A stretch of 64,000 nt of DNA, from the NCBI RefSeq assembly GCF_000315625.1, contig NW_005434586.1, positions 57,109 through 121,108 on the forward strand, read 5' to 3'. The position numbers were made by a program, and so were the translations under genes. Below, piece by piece: positions 1-12,162 of the stretch. This DNA is from Guillardia theta CCMP2712. Taxonomy: Eukaryota > Protista > Cryptophyta. The notes under the pieces were generated by a model. That model had not been told where the DNA came from. It worked only from the letters and a program-made list of their open reading frames with translations, and searched no databases. Numbering within the stretch: the first letter of the stretch is position 1; each line of letters begins with the position of its first letter.

Positions 1-704
1 TCGACTCCTCGACCTCTATTCACAGCTCCCTCCAGTCCCTACACTCGACATTCCCTCCTCCATACATCACCTGCACGATCCCTGACTCGAATGCCACAGC
101 CATGAAGCTTCTCCTCGACTTGCCTCCCTCCTTCGCCAACGACTCAGCACGTCACCTCACCTCACCTCCCCTCCTCTCCTCTCCTCTCCGCTCCCCTCCG
201 CCTCCGCCTCCCCTCCCCTCCCCTCCCCTCCCCTCCTCTCCTCTCCTCTCCTCTCCTCTCCTCTCCTCTCCACCCTCTTTCTTCCAGCTCTTCTCTTCTT
301 CTCTCAGACAGTTCAACTCCTCCTCCCCCTTTTACCTATTCCCCAAACCTCCTTCTTCCTCTATCTTTCCCTCCCCCTCCCCTCCTCCTCCTCCTCTTCC
401 TCCTCACCGGCGGTGCTATACCCACACAGAAATCGACCACTCGCTCCTTCTGCACTTTCTGCTTGCAAGTCACCGACAGGCAAGAAGCAGGAGAGGAGGA
501 GAGTTGAACTACTTCGGAGAGGACGGGCATGTCAGTTTTTTCAAGGAGGAGGAAGAAATGAATCGTTGAAGATGAGTCAAGCACAAAGAAAACCTGCATA
601 AAGAGATTCAAAAACATTCCTTCTCTTCCTCCCTTCTCTCTCCCTCCTCCTCCCTGCTCCTGACCACTCTTTCGTTCCTCCTCCTCCTCCTCCTCTCCCT
701 CCTC

Positions 705-746
<42 letters not shown>

Positions 747-2372
747 TCCTTTTCCTCGCTTCATGTTCCATCAACTCACCGCTGGCCGAGTGGGAGACCA
801 TGCGACGGACACTATTCCTCCTGCCAAGCCGATCAAACATACTGATCCCCCCCCCCTCTCCCTCCTCGCTCCTCGCTCCTCGCTCCTCGCTCCTCGCTCC
901 TCCAGCTTTTCCACTTTCCCCTCCCCTTCTTCCTATCCTCTCTGCTTTTTCTCCTCACCTTCGGCGAAGTTTCGCCATGTTCGTCTCGGCGTCGCGTTTC
1001 TCGTGCTGTAAAGCGATACCGAACCATCTCCCCGCGCCACCTGCTCATCAGCGTTAGAGGAGCGACTGAGAGGGACAAGCTGAAGGATGCAGGAGGAGGA
1101 GAAGCAGCACGAGAACGAGCAGGAGGGAAGCGCAGGGAGCGAGCAGGGAGAGGAGGAAGGAGATAAGGAGGCAGGGGAAGGGGAGGTACCAGGAACGGAT
1201 TTGCTTCCTCCTCTTCAGAAATCCGCAAGGGAAGGATGAAAAGGCAATCGAAGAAACCCGAGTTGCCCCCACCCACCCAAACCCCCCCAACCCCTCCTCC
1301 TCCTCCTCCTCCTCCTCCTCCCACTCGATCCTCTGCTTCCACGAATCTACTGGGCCGCGGGTGCCGCCCAAACCTGTGAGGGGTAAGGGAAGGAAGAAAA
1401 TAGAAGAAGGGAAGAAGATGAGAGAGACAGTGAGAGAGAGAAAGGGACAGGAAGGGAGATGAAGGGAGATGGGCAACCGTACTTGGCAAGTTGGAGGACG
1501 CTGCCGTCCTCGATTCCCAAGAGGATGAGATTGTCGTCCTGCGGATGCAGGCAGAGGGAACCTGAGGGAAGTCAAGGAGAGCAGGAGCAGGAGCGGGAGC
1601 GGGAGCAGGAGCGGGAGCAGGATCTCACAGGCGCGCTGGAGTTTCCACAGGGAGGAGGAGGATTTGTCTCGTTCCTTGTGCATGCTAAGCTGACCGATAC
1701 GGAGAAGCTTCAGGCCTCCACCTGCAGCAAAAGTACCTAGCTCCCGTCCTCCTGCCTCCACTCCCTGCACTCTCCTCCCTCCTCCTCCTCCCCTCTCCTC
1801 TCCCTCGCTCAATCCCCTCTCCTCTCCTTTCCTTCCCTTCTCCTCTCTTCGCTCCCCATTCTCCGTAGGCCTCTCTCCTCTCCTCCTCCTTCCCCCCTCC
1901 TCGCACACCATAAGCCATGTGAATGTCGTCCGGGTCCTGCGGTGAATCAAAAGTCAGAAACAATCTTTTCTTGCCTCTTCCTTCCCCCTCCCCCCACTCT
2001 CCGTTCATCCTCCCTCCTCTCCCCTGCTCTACTTCTCTTCCTCCCCCCCCCCTCATTACTTCGTCTTCTCCCCCGTCATCTTTCGTTCTCTTTCACTCAC
2101 CTCTACCACTATGATCGACCAGAAAATATTCTTTCCCTCCTCGTCTGTCGATACCACCTGCTCCAGGGTCAAACTATCCCCTCCAACTTGTTTCTGACAC
2201 TGTCTCCTCCTCTCACCCTCCCTCCTCCCCTCCTCCTCCTCCTCCTCCTCCTCCTCCTCCTCCTCCTCCTCCTCCATTACTTGTGATCTTTGCCTACCCT
2301 CTGCCTGCTCCAACGGTCAGCAGGACAACAGTGTCAGAGAATTGAAGGGAAGGAGCCCAACCATGGCTCAAA

Positions 2373-2437
<65 letters not shown>

Positions 2438-5353
2438 CAGATGGAGCAGGAGGAGCAGGAGGAGCGTTACCTGCAAAGAACGGTTGAGGACGTCGACCTT
2501 TGTGATTGTCAGGCTCGGAAGCATAAGTCGAAGAAGGGACAAGGAGGAGAAGTGGGTAGGAGGATGGAGGAGAGGAGGAGGAGGAGAACAAAGAGAGGGA
2601 GGAGGAAGAGGAGGAGGAAAGAAAAGGAGGAGGGCTAGCGATGGTGATTGTTACGTACCCCAACGATACGAGCGCAGTGAGAGTTGCCGTCTTTGATGGA
2701 GCTGAACTCGGAGCTGAACTCGGAGAGCGAGGAGGAAGAACAAGAATGCGAGAGGAAGGGGGAGGAGGAGGGAAGATGAAAAGAAAAGGAGGGAAGAAGA
2801 GAGGGCGGAAGAGGGAGCCAGTGTGGGGAGCAAGTGATCACTTCAAGTCAAGTAGGAGAAGGAAACTTTACGTGTATGCTGGGAGATGGACGTGAAGAGG
2901 TTCAGAGGAGGAAGCAACCTGGAAAGCAGCGGTTCAAATTGTGCTGGAAGAAAACAGGGAAAGGAAGGAGGAGAAGGGGGGGGGAGAAATGAAAAGTAGG
3001 TTTGGGAAGAGAAAATTAGGAGAAGCGAGTACAAGATTGAAGAAGGAAGGGAGGAAGAGAAAGGAAGGGAAGGGAATAAGCGAGGCAACAAAGAGCGGCA
3101 ATGGGGAAGGAAAATTGAGCAGAAGAAATGGAAACGGAAGGGAACGGAATGCAAAGGAACTAGAGGATGGGGAGGGAGGGAAAGCGAGAGAAGAGGGAGG
3201 GAGGGAGGGAGGAGGAGGAGGAGGAGGAGGATTGTTAGCAGGCACTAGGCACCTCATGGACGAGGAAGTCGTTGTCGAGGTCCCAAAGAGATATAGTCCC
3301 CTCTTCGCTCCCAACCTGAAACCCCATGAGGACAAGAGGAGGACGAGGACGAGGACGAGGGGCTCACAATGAGCAGGCAGCGGCCGTCGACTGAGGAGGA
3401 GGAGAAGCAGGTGGGAACAGAGTGAGTCGCGAGGACTTTCCAGTGCTCGGAGAGGTTGTCCAGCTGAAGACGAGCTTGTCAGTTATGTTTGCGGGAAGTT
3501 TGATGTAGTTTGAGACCTTCCAGACGACAATGAAGTGGTTGAAATCGTTCTCGTCGACATCTCTTGTTGCCTTGCAGGAGAAACTGGCGAAGATGTCAGA
3601 TACCCTCCCTCCCTCACTCCCTCCCTCACTCACTCACTCACTCCCTCACTCACTCACTCACTCACTCACTCACTCACTCACTCACTCACTCACTCACTCA
3701 CTCACTCACTCACTCACTCACCCTCCCCTCCCCTCCCCTCCCCTCCCTCCCTCCCTCCCTCCCTCCCTCCTTGCCCCTTCTTCTCTTCTCACCACAGTAT
3801 CTTGCTCCTTCCGTCGCTCTGCATCACCTTCACCCCTTCAAGACCCGCAAACTTCTGTGGGAACATCAACTAGCCGGCAGACAGCTGGGCGAGTGACCTG
3901 GAGGAACTTCGAAGAACATAGAGAAACAGTACTGGAAAAACTGCAAGTTTATATCAGACTCCTCCTCCTTCCCTCCCTCCCTCTCCCACCCTTCTTCCCT
4001 CCCCTCCTTCCCTCCTTCCTTCGCTCCCTCTCCCTCCCTCCCCTCCTGCCCTCCCTCCCCTCCTTCTCTTCCTCCCTCAACCCCCCTCCTACCACTCCCT
4101 CGTCTGCTCTTCCTCCTCCTCTCCCTGCTCCTGCTCCAAGTGCTCGTCCTTTTCCTCTCGTCTCCTCTTGTCCTCTTCTACCTTGTGGCGGCATTGGAAG
4201 TCCGCGCCTGCAGAGATGCCATGAGCCTTCGGAAAGGAGGCAGAGGAGGCAGAGGAGGTCCGAAGGGAAGCTCGGGAACAGCAATAGGGAGGCAGATAGT
4301 CGTAGGGAGAGGTTAGGTAACGAGCAGAGAAGGGGGATGGGCGGGACAAGGGAGGGCTTGCAATGGAAGGACGAGAAAGAGGCGGAAAGAAACCTCTGCT
4401 GCCATGAAAGCCTCCACAGGGTTCGTTCGCTTCTGCGTCTCTTTCCTGCCTCACAGGTGAGAGGAAATGGTGGAAGGAAGGGAGAAGGACGAGGACGAGG
4501 ACGAGAGCGAGAGAGAGGAGGTTGGAGGATCTTACGCAGCCTCATCGAGGAGGTTGAGCATGACAGGCTCCACGCGCTTGAGAAAAGCGACAAGTTTCGA
4601 AGTGTCCTGAGGAGTTAAGCTGACAGAGGGAAGAGGAAGAGACGAATGAAGGAAGGGATGAGGGAGGTCAGAGAGAGGAAGGAAAGGGAGAGGAGAGGAT
4701 GCAAAGAAGGGAGAGAGGTTGGAAAGGAGGCAGGCAGGAAAGATTCATACCTGACCCAAAAGATTGCTAACTTCTCCTTTTGCTGGAGTGAAAGTTAAAT
4801 TGCACTCTCTTCGTATCTTCTTTCCCCTCCCCTGCAGACTCCCCTGCTCTCCCCTAATCTCTTTCTGCATATTGTTTCCCCTTTCCTCCGCAAACTTTCC
4901 CTCTCCTCCTTTCTTCTTCATCTTCATCATCACCATCACTATCACCATCACCATCGTCACCTCCGTATTCATCAATGTCAATCAGCACCTCCGCCGTTAT
5001 CCTCAACTTTCAATGGCTCATTTCTTACCTAAGTCATCTAATCTCTTCTGTCGATCTTTTCTCTTCTCGTAATGCGTTCGCGACAACAAATCGTCAGGAC
5101 ACTGTCAGCGCGTAAGAGAGAAGAACAACGATTTGTCATCTCAGATTGACCTGCATGCCCGCATGCGAGCGAACGATGACTTCGGTTTGTGAGTCAAAGT
5201 CCCTTTGCTTGCTGCTGTCTGGACACTGAAATGGTCGTCAACTCCTCAATGCTCATATCGAACTTCAGCATCATCTCAATCATCTCCATCATCTCCATCG
5301 TCGTCTTCACCACCATGGCCATCAAAATCATCTCCACATCATGTTACCGTAAC

Positions 5354-5437
<84 letters not shown>

Positions 5438-6885
5438 TGCCACCACTACCACTACCACTACCACTACCACTACCACTACCACTACCGGCAGCATAAAACA
5501 ACATTATCGCAGTCATCATCTCTATCATAATCTGCATCAACGTCTTGTTTCATCATTGCCGTCACTCCTCACCTGAGATGCCATGCTCAATTTCCCTGCT
5601 CGCGAGATCCCTCTGGCGTAGAGCTCGAAGAGTGAGAGAGGAGGCATGTCCAGAATCGTCTTCGTGCCACAGTCCTGACATTCACCGTTAGGAGGAGAGA
5701 AGAGGAGCAGGAGGCGAGAAGAGGAGTAGGAGGAGAGAAGAGAAGCAGGAGTAGAGAAGAGGAGTAGGAGTAGAGAAGAGGAGTAGAGAAGAGGAGTAGG
5801 AGGAGCAAGAGGTGCAGGAGCAGGAAAGGAGCAGCAGGAGCAGCAGAGGAGACAAGACTCACAGAGAGTTTGACTTTGCCGCTCGTCACGAGCTCCTCAA
5901 ACTTCTTCTTGCGATGGCGAGAGAGCGCAGCCTGGTCGGCATGGTTGAGCCTGACTGAGGACGATGCAGCTGTCGGGTCCACAAACTTTCGCTCCTGCCC
6001 ACACCCTTGAGAGGCTTCGACCGAGACTTCATGACACTCACGCGCGTGGGAGGAGCGACAGGCGAAGAGTTTCCGCTGAGATTCTCCTGCGTGCTCCCGC
6101 CAGGTACATGAGGGAAGTTCTTTGAGGCAGGAGGGCCTGTCACTTCAACTTCTCCTCAGAATTGTTCGACCTTCCTCCTCCTCTCTTGTTCGAACTCCCT
6201 CTTCCTCTCTTACCTTCTTGCTGTGTCTGCTTGGATAACTTGGCGTTCTCAAGCTCCATGGCGCGTCTGACCTCCAGTACCTGCACATGCAAACTTCACG
6301 CTTGTCGCAAGCATCACTTTGACTGCCTTGGGGTCAAACTTTTCACTGGACGATCTCTCCTGCTTGTCTCTCTGCAGCAGCAGGACAACATCAGGCATCA
6401 CGATGAGCATGGCGACATGCTCACCTCCTTGTGCGCTGGGGAACGTGATGCCTTGGTGGCGGGCTCTGGGTTGTCGTCTTCGAAATCTTCCTCATACTCC
6501 TTGTAGGAAAGTCATCAACCTGATGGATCCCTGACTCTACTTCCTCCCTATCCTCTTCCTCTTCCTCTTCCTATCCTTCCCTCCCTCCCTCCCTCTCACT
6601 CACTCACTCTCACTCTCTCTTTTCCCAATCCTCCCAATCCTTCTCCCTCCTTTTTTCTCACTCACCCACCACCACTCACACTCTTCCTAACTTCCATCTC
6701 TCCCTCTCCCTCTCCCTCTCCCTCTCCCTCTCCCTCCTCTCCCTCTCCCTCTCCCTCTCCCTCCTCTCCCTCTCCCTCTCCCTCTCCCTCTCCCTCTCCC
6801 TCTCCCTCTCCCTCTCCCTCGCCCTCCTCTCCCTCTCCCTCTCTCTGCTCCTCACCTCGAAATCTTCATCTTCGTAGTCGCTCAT
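1..6885 (-). CDS. WDR60: Dynein-2 (IFT dynein) intermediate chain WDR60/FAP163-like; multi-exon, 3' end runs off the left edge
   Basis: Hand-spliced exons give MSDYEDEDFE|EYEEDFEDD (ATG 6885), TILDMPPLSLFELYARGI (~5590-5670), DFDSQTEVI (~5170-5200), SKLVAFLKRVEPVMLNLLDE (~4540-4615), VSVAWSPTRPA|VFFVLDSSSTIHFF (~780-830 and ~410-593) and RSFMAVAFESGIVQ (~70-130). These match WDR60 motifs LLDLPP..YDMY, QTEEI, FL...M..LLEE and WSPTRPAVF in the same order. Confidence 0.85.
2373..2436 (+). repeat. (GCAGGA)n microsatellite in a WDR60 intron
   Basis: Perfect hexamer tandem. Confidence 0.95.
3612..3770 (+). repeat. (CTCA)n followed by (CCCT)n microsatellites
   Basis: Visible tetramer tandems, intronic. 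Confidence 0.95.
5357..5486 (+). repeat. (CAT)n plus (CACTAC)n compound microsatellite
   Basis: Visible tandems. Confidence 0.95.
6697..6845 (+). repeat. (CCCTCT)n microsatellite in WDR60 intron 1
   Basis: Visible hexamer tandem. Confidence 0.95.
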
Positions 6886-7217
6886 GGCGTCAGTTTCCCG
6901 CACTTCTCGCCTTTGTCTATAACCCACAACCCACCTGCTTCCCTTGAATTAATTAAGACCTTTACTAGTAAAATTGGTATCTTGACCCCTTCCCATTTCC
7001 CCTGCCCGTTTCCCCTCCGACCAGTAGCTCTGCTTGTTTCAGATAGGGCGGATGACCGCATTCCTGACAGGTGGGGCTGAGTAGACGATGAGAGGAGGGC
7101 GGGAGGAGGGAGGGGAGAGGGAAGGTGGGTAGAGGAAGGAATGGAGAGGGAGGAAAGAGAGGAAGGGCAACGGAGGAAGGAGAGGAGAGGCAGGACAAGT
7201 AATCGTTCCGAGTTGAC

Positions 7218-8151
7218 ATGGGTTCAACAGGGGTTTTGCTCGTCCTTCACCTTCAAGCTCTGTCTTCCTCGCTCGTTTCAAAGCCGCTCATGAGCATGGA
7301 TCCCAACTCCATCGAGCCGCTTCCTGCCAGACCGCGACAAGCCTTCGGAAGAGCCAGACATCTTCGAGGAGGGGGGGGGGAAGTGAAAGTAGCAAGTCAG
7401 GGTGAATGTGTGGAGTATCAAGGGAACCTGGGTCAGGACGACAAGTCATTCACGGATGTAGTCAACTACGAGTACCTCGATCATACGGCTGACGTACAGT
7501 TCCACTCCTGGGGGAAGACCAAGGAAGAAGCTTTCGAACAGGTCAAGTTCAACTCCTCCCTCCTCCTCCTCTCCTCCCCCTCCTCTCCTCCCCCTCCTCA
7601 CCTCTTCCCCTCACAGGCAGTGGTCTGCATGTTCTCTTACATCACCGACCTGCCAACGGTGGAGCTGCGAGCAAGCAACACGGTTGAGGTGAGAGTAGGG
7701 CGAGAGACATGCGAGAAGTCGATGACTGGCCGATGAAGGTCACAGGGAGGGACTTGCAGAGTCTGCTGTACGCCTTCATGGACGAGTTTCTCTTTCAGTT
7801 CTCGGTAACAGCTGCGCTTGCCTCCCTCCCGCGCGCTGACTGTTGTACAGGTTGATGGGCACGTGGCAAGGCAAGTCAAGATCCTCGAGTTCGACGAGAC
7901 GAACTTTCGGTGCATGTCTAAATGTCCTTGCGACAAGTACTCATGCTTTTCAAAGGATAAAAGCAGAGGGTTATGGAGAGAAATTTCAGGTTTGATGATG
8001 ATGAGTGTGCGAGTGTAGGCTGAGTAGGTGCCGTATCCAGCCCAGGACGAAACATCCGCAAGGGACGGAGGTGAAGGCGATAACGTATTCTGCCATGCAG
8101 ATCAAGATCGAGAACGATCGGACAGACATCTATGTCATCGTGGACATCTAG
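7218..8151 (+). CDS. Archease (RtcB tRNA-ligase cofactor); ~6 exons; start may instead be ATG 7289/7296
   Basis: YEYLDHTADVQFHSWG, GRDLQSLLYAFMDEFLF and KHPQGTEVKAITYSAMQI...YVIVDI* (TAG 8149-8151) are archease signature motifs; exons are joined by GT-AG introns. Confidence 0.93.
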
Positions 8152-8301
8152 AGTTGATTGAATCTTTATGTGTCACAGTTACGGCCTTGCGTGTGTTATT
8201 AAGACTTGAAGGGGGTGGGAGGCAGCAGTTCATGTGGGGGGTGGGAGATGTACAACAGCTTTCGACGCTCTGGCCTCTTTTATCCCTTTCGATCGCTTCC
8301 T

Positions 8302-9622
8302 TCATGACAACTTTCCCTCCCTCTTCCACTTGCGGTGCATCACAGTATTGAGCCAGTTGGAGTAGAAGACCTGCACGCAAGCTAAGCTAAGCTCTCTTTC
8401 CTCCTTGAGAGTTTTCGTCACCTGGCCGGGGGTCTGCCATGTCAGGACCGGCGTGTTCTTGGGGTCGTCTCCTGCACGCCCTTCAGTCTCTGCCGTCGAG
8501 AAGTCCTGGCAGCCTCGCTCACCTGGATAGTACTGGTTGGGAATGTGAATCGGCTCCCCTGTTGGCGTCCCCTTCACTAGATCGCGCCTGTACTCTCCGT
8601 CCAGTGTGTCCACATCGTACTCGAAGTGGTTGATCATGTGCGCGTGCCCCAGGTCCTCGTCCCAGACCAGCCCGGGCCCGGCTTCCTCCGGCCCATCAAG
8701 AAGGATCTGCGAGAGGAGGAGGATGAGGGGCAGCATTATGCAGCATCATGGCTGTTACCTCGAGCTTCGGGTTCGAGATGATGTCGTCTCTCTTCCAGGT
8801 GGTATGGCGGGAAACGGGAATGCCGACATGGTCGGGGATCGCCTGCACAGGGGAGTGAGCGGCAGGAGCTCGAGCGCTCTTCCGTTGCCTGAACGAGCAT
8901 GCGATCCTTGGAGGAGATCTTGTGATCGAAGACACCGAAGACTTTGCGAGGGGTGATGTGCTTCTTCACGCCATGGAAGTGCCACAGCGAGGCCATGGCT
9001 CCCCAACACAGTGAGAGTATGCCTGCATCCATCTTTCTGACGTCTTCGAAGAAGTCTTGAAGCTCTTTCCAGTATGCAACCTGGCCATGCAGTCATCTCC
9101 TTCCCATCTCTCCTCCTTCCCTCCCTTCCCCGCTTTCTTCTCACCCCAACCTTCCCTCCTCCGCCTCCTCCCCCCCTTCCTCATTGCAGCAACCTGTTCA
9201 AAGTCTAGATGCTCAATGGGAGCCCCTGTTAAAATGATCCCGTCGTACTTCTCCCCTTTCACCTCGTTGAACCGCTTGTAAAACTTCTCCAGGTGCCCTG
9301 GCGTGGAGTTCTTGCCCGAGTAGGTGTTGGGAACGACCCACGCGATGTCAGACGCCACGGGTGAGCGAGCGAGCATCCGGCAGAGCTGTAGTTCCGTCGA
9401 TTCTTTGAGGGGCATCAGGTTCACGATGCATATCCTCAAGCTGGAGATAGTCGGGGGCGGCTTTGACTGCGAGCTTTCCACCCATGCTTTCTCTTCCCTG
9501 AGACTCTTGTAGGCTTGCAGGTCTGGATGCAGGATGGCGGGCAGCCTCGAGGCACGGCTGACGTGAAATGCTCTCACAGCGGATCCTGAGAGCAAGCGAG
9601 CAGGGCGATGAAACGCGAGCAT
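8302..9622 (-). CDS. metA: Homoserine O-acyltransferase of the MetA/HTS family (predicted acetyltransferase), N-terminal mitochondrial-type presequence, multi-exon
   Basis: Motifs IVNLMPLKESTELQLCRML, YDGIILTGAPIEHLDFEQV|AYW, catalytic CWGAMA, PVSRHT, NHFEYD (His-Glu) and FYSNWLN. The N-terminus MLAFHRPARLLSGSAVRAFHVSRASR is Arg/Ser/Ala-rich with no acidic residues. Confidence 0.92.
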
Positions 9623-10013
9623 CCCTGCCAGTTTCTAGACCAGGAGGAAAGAGAGGAGGGAGAGGAGAAGATAAGAGAAGAGACCTGCGAGGAGGGGCGA
9701 GGGGCGGGGAAGAGAAAACCAGGCAACGGATCGCTCGTGCGGGGGAGCAGGTGAGGGAGGAGGAGCCGGAGTTCGCAACGCGGACAGTACTACAAAGATT
9801 CGTCTCAGTACATTCACACCGGTACAAGATACTATTTAAAAAGTTTCTATGGTGGGTAGGGTACTAATTATTTTGTTGCGTTCTGCTTTCAAGACGTAGG
9901 AGAGAAAAATTGAGGGGATGAGGGGGATGCACGAAAAAGGGCCTGAGAGGGGACGAGGGAAATCATGGGTGGGGACGAGGGTCTGTTGTGAAGGGGCATG
10001 AAAAACAGATGAA

Positions 10014-12025
10014 ATGAGGGTGGGTGTGGCGCTGCTAGTAGCAGCGGCCATGGCGGGGATAGTAGGCGGGAGCGGTAGAGCAGAGCTACTAGAGGACGGA
10101 GATCGAGCTGCTCCAGCTTCAGAGCTGCAGCTCGATCAGGCGGGGAGGGAGCAGGCGCTGAATGGTATTGCCATGGGCACGCACGGAGGAGCTGACGGCT
10201 TGCACAACATCCCCACCCAGCGGCCGACATGGGAGCGAGGAGGAGCGACATGGGTCTATGGATCAATCTATGGCGATGGCATTCGACCCCAGGACAGCGT
10301 TTGGTGCGATTGCGACTCACCGGAGGAGTGCAAGGCAAAGTGTGGGGGGAAAGAAGAGCAGGTCGAGGCTCCTGAGAGCCCTCCCAAAGGGCAGGAGGAG
10401 GTTCAGGGTGAACCCCCCCAGGAGGAGCAGCAGGAGCAGCAGGAGCAGCCAGCGGAGACGCAGGCTGAAGAAGCACCGGCAGCTGAGCCGGAGGCGGAGG
10501 AGGCTGTGCCGGCTCGACCACGCTACAGGGACGAGAAGCCACGAGAGAAAGCCTCGCGGCAGCGGCAGCAGCAGCAGCAAGAGGAGAAGCGAATGGGTGG
10601 CACAGGATACGTTCTTACGCTTCCGCAAGAGGGCTACGAACCTAAACTCCCGGTGAGCGGTCAACCTGTGGCATATCCTGCTCAACAGACTTCAGGCTGG
10701 TAAGACGATGATACCTCAGTCTCTCCCTCACCCATTGATGCTGAGTGTGTCGAGAGTCAAGAGATGTCTTCTTCTCTTGTTGCCTCACAACTCCTCCTGC
10801 GTCATCCTCGCCTGCTCCTTGTCCTCTGATCTTTGTTTGTTCCTTGAAGGTCCAACACTCAAGCAGCTCCCACATGGACCTCAGCACAAGCGACATTCGA
10901 AAACAGCGGACTGGTCCCGTCTCGATGGACTTCGGAGGATGCTGCAGAGCACACGTTGAACCTTCAACAGTGAGTCTGAGATCGGGAGGTGACAGGAGGA
11001 GGGTGACTAGCTGTTGGTGAAGGTGGAGAATATCGATTCTTCGTTCAAAGTTGAAGCAAGCGAGGTTGAGGAAGGAGTTGATGAAAGTTGCGGTGCTGCC
11101 TCTGCTGCTGTCACTTGAGATGCGGGCTGACTTCTGTTCAGACGGTTCCGATCGATCTCGGACGGCAATCCCTTCACAGTCGTCCCAGGTCGGACTCGAG
11201 GGGTCAAGGGGAGTCGCAGGAGATCGATTCGCTCAAGAAGGACCTCGTGGCCGTTGCGAGCGAGACGGCAAGCGCGAGACCTTTTTCTTCTCGTGCGTTG
11301 ACGTTGGTGAACAGGTGAAAGCGATTCAGAACCTTCGCTCGACCATTAGCAGCATCAAAGACAAGACTAGTAGCTCCCACTCCAAGACTGCTGGCTCACG
11401 CTCGGGGCAGAGATCGCCAGCTACCTCTTCGAGTTCGCAAGCCGCTCAATCAAAGGCGACCTCGCCGTCCAACAAGCACTTGGCGTCAAGGTTGCAAGAT
11501 GTTCAGAAGAAGACTCTCTCCCTCCTCCATGCTCTCTCCAACAGAGTGGACGCGGTGGTGGCAGAAAGGAAGCGATCGGAGAGGCTGAAGCGCAGCAAGA
11601 TGCTTTCGAGCATCAGAAGCCATCTGAGAAAACAGGCGAGTGAAGGTCCTGCCCTGGTGCTCCGCTCCTCTGACTTGCTGTCAGATCACGAGGTTACAGA
11701 GGCATGTCAACGCTGCGGTGGAGCGGAAGAGGGAGGAGGAGGAGAGAGCTGCGAGGAGGAAGAGTGAGGTGGGGGAGGTGCAGTCGGCGTTAGGAAACAT
11801 TCAGAAGAGCGTCGAGAGCTCGTCGGAGGCTGTGCGGGAGGAGGGGAAGAGGTCCAAGAGGAAGGAGGAGAAGATCCTGGCTGTACGCGACAAGGCCGAC
11901 AAGGTGGTTCACGCGTGCTCTCCGTGCCCGCTGACGTGCTGCAGGAGTTGGACTCTTTGCTCAAGACAGTCGACGAGGCGATTGCAAGGAAGAAGTGGAG
12001 GGAGAAGATGAGAGACGGGGCGTGA
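10014..12025 (+). CDS. Unknown secreted protein: signal peptide, small Cys knot (WCDCDSPEECKAKC), Glu/Gln-rich linker, C-terminal coiled coil; multi-exon
   Basis: Signal peptide MRVGVALLVAAAMAG. ORF pieces 10014-10703, 11088-11318, 11051-11767 and 11640-12011 join via ~47-50 nt introns and end ...KKWREKMRDGA* (TGA 12023-12025). Confidence 0.6.
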
Positions 12026-12162
12026 CATTGCTGTGTCTCCTCCCGATCAACCTTGAATAACATCTGACCTTCAACTCTCCTCCGTTCCCTCCATCTCTCC
12101 TCTTCCCTTCCCTTCCTCCCTGCCCTCTTCCTCCCTCTCTCTTCTGATTGCCGAGCGACAGC

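Noticed and set aside
102-6927. Many Pro/Ser/Glu/Gly-rich ORFs on both strands (e.g. 3530-4618)
   Set aside because: They are artefacts of stop-free microsatellites; the real coding exons belong to WDR60 on the minus strand.
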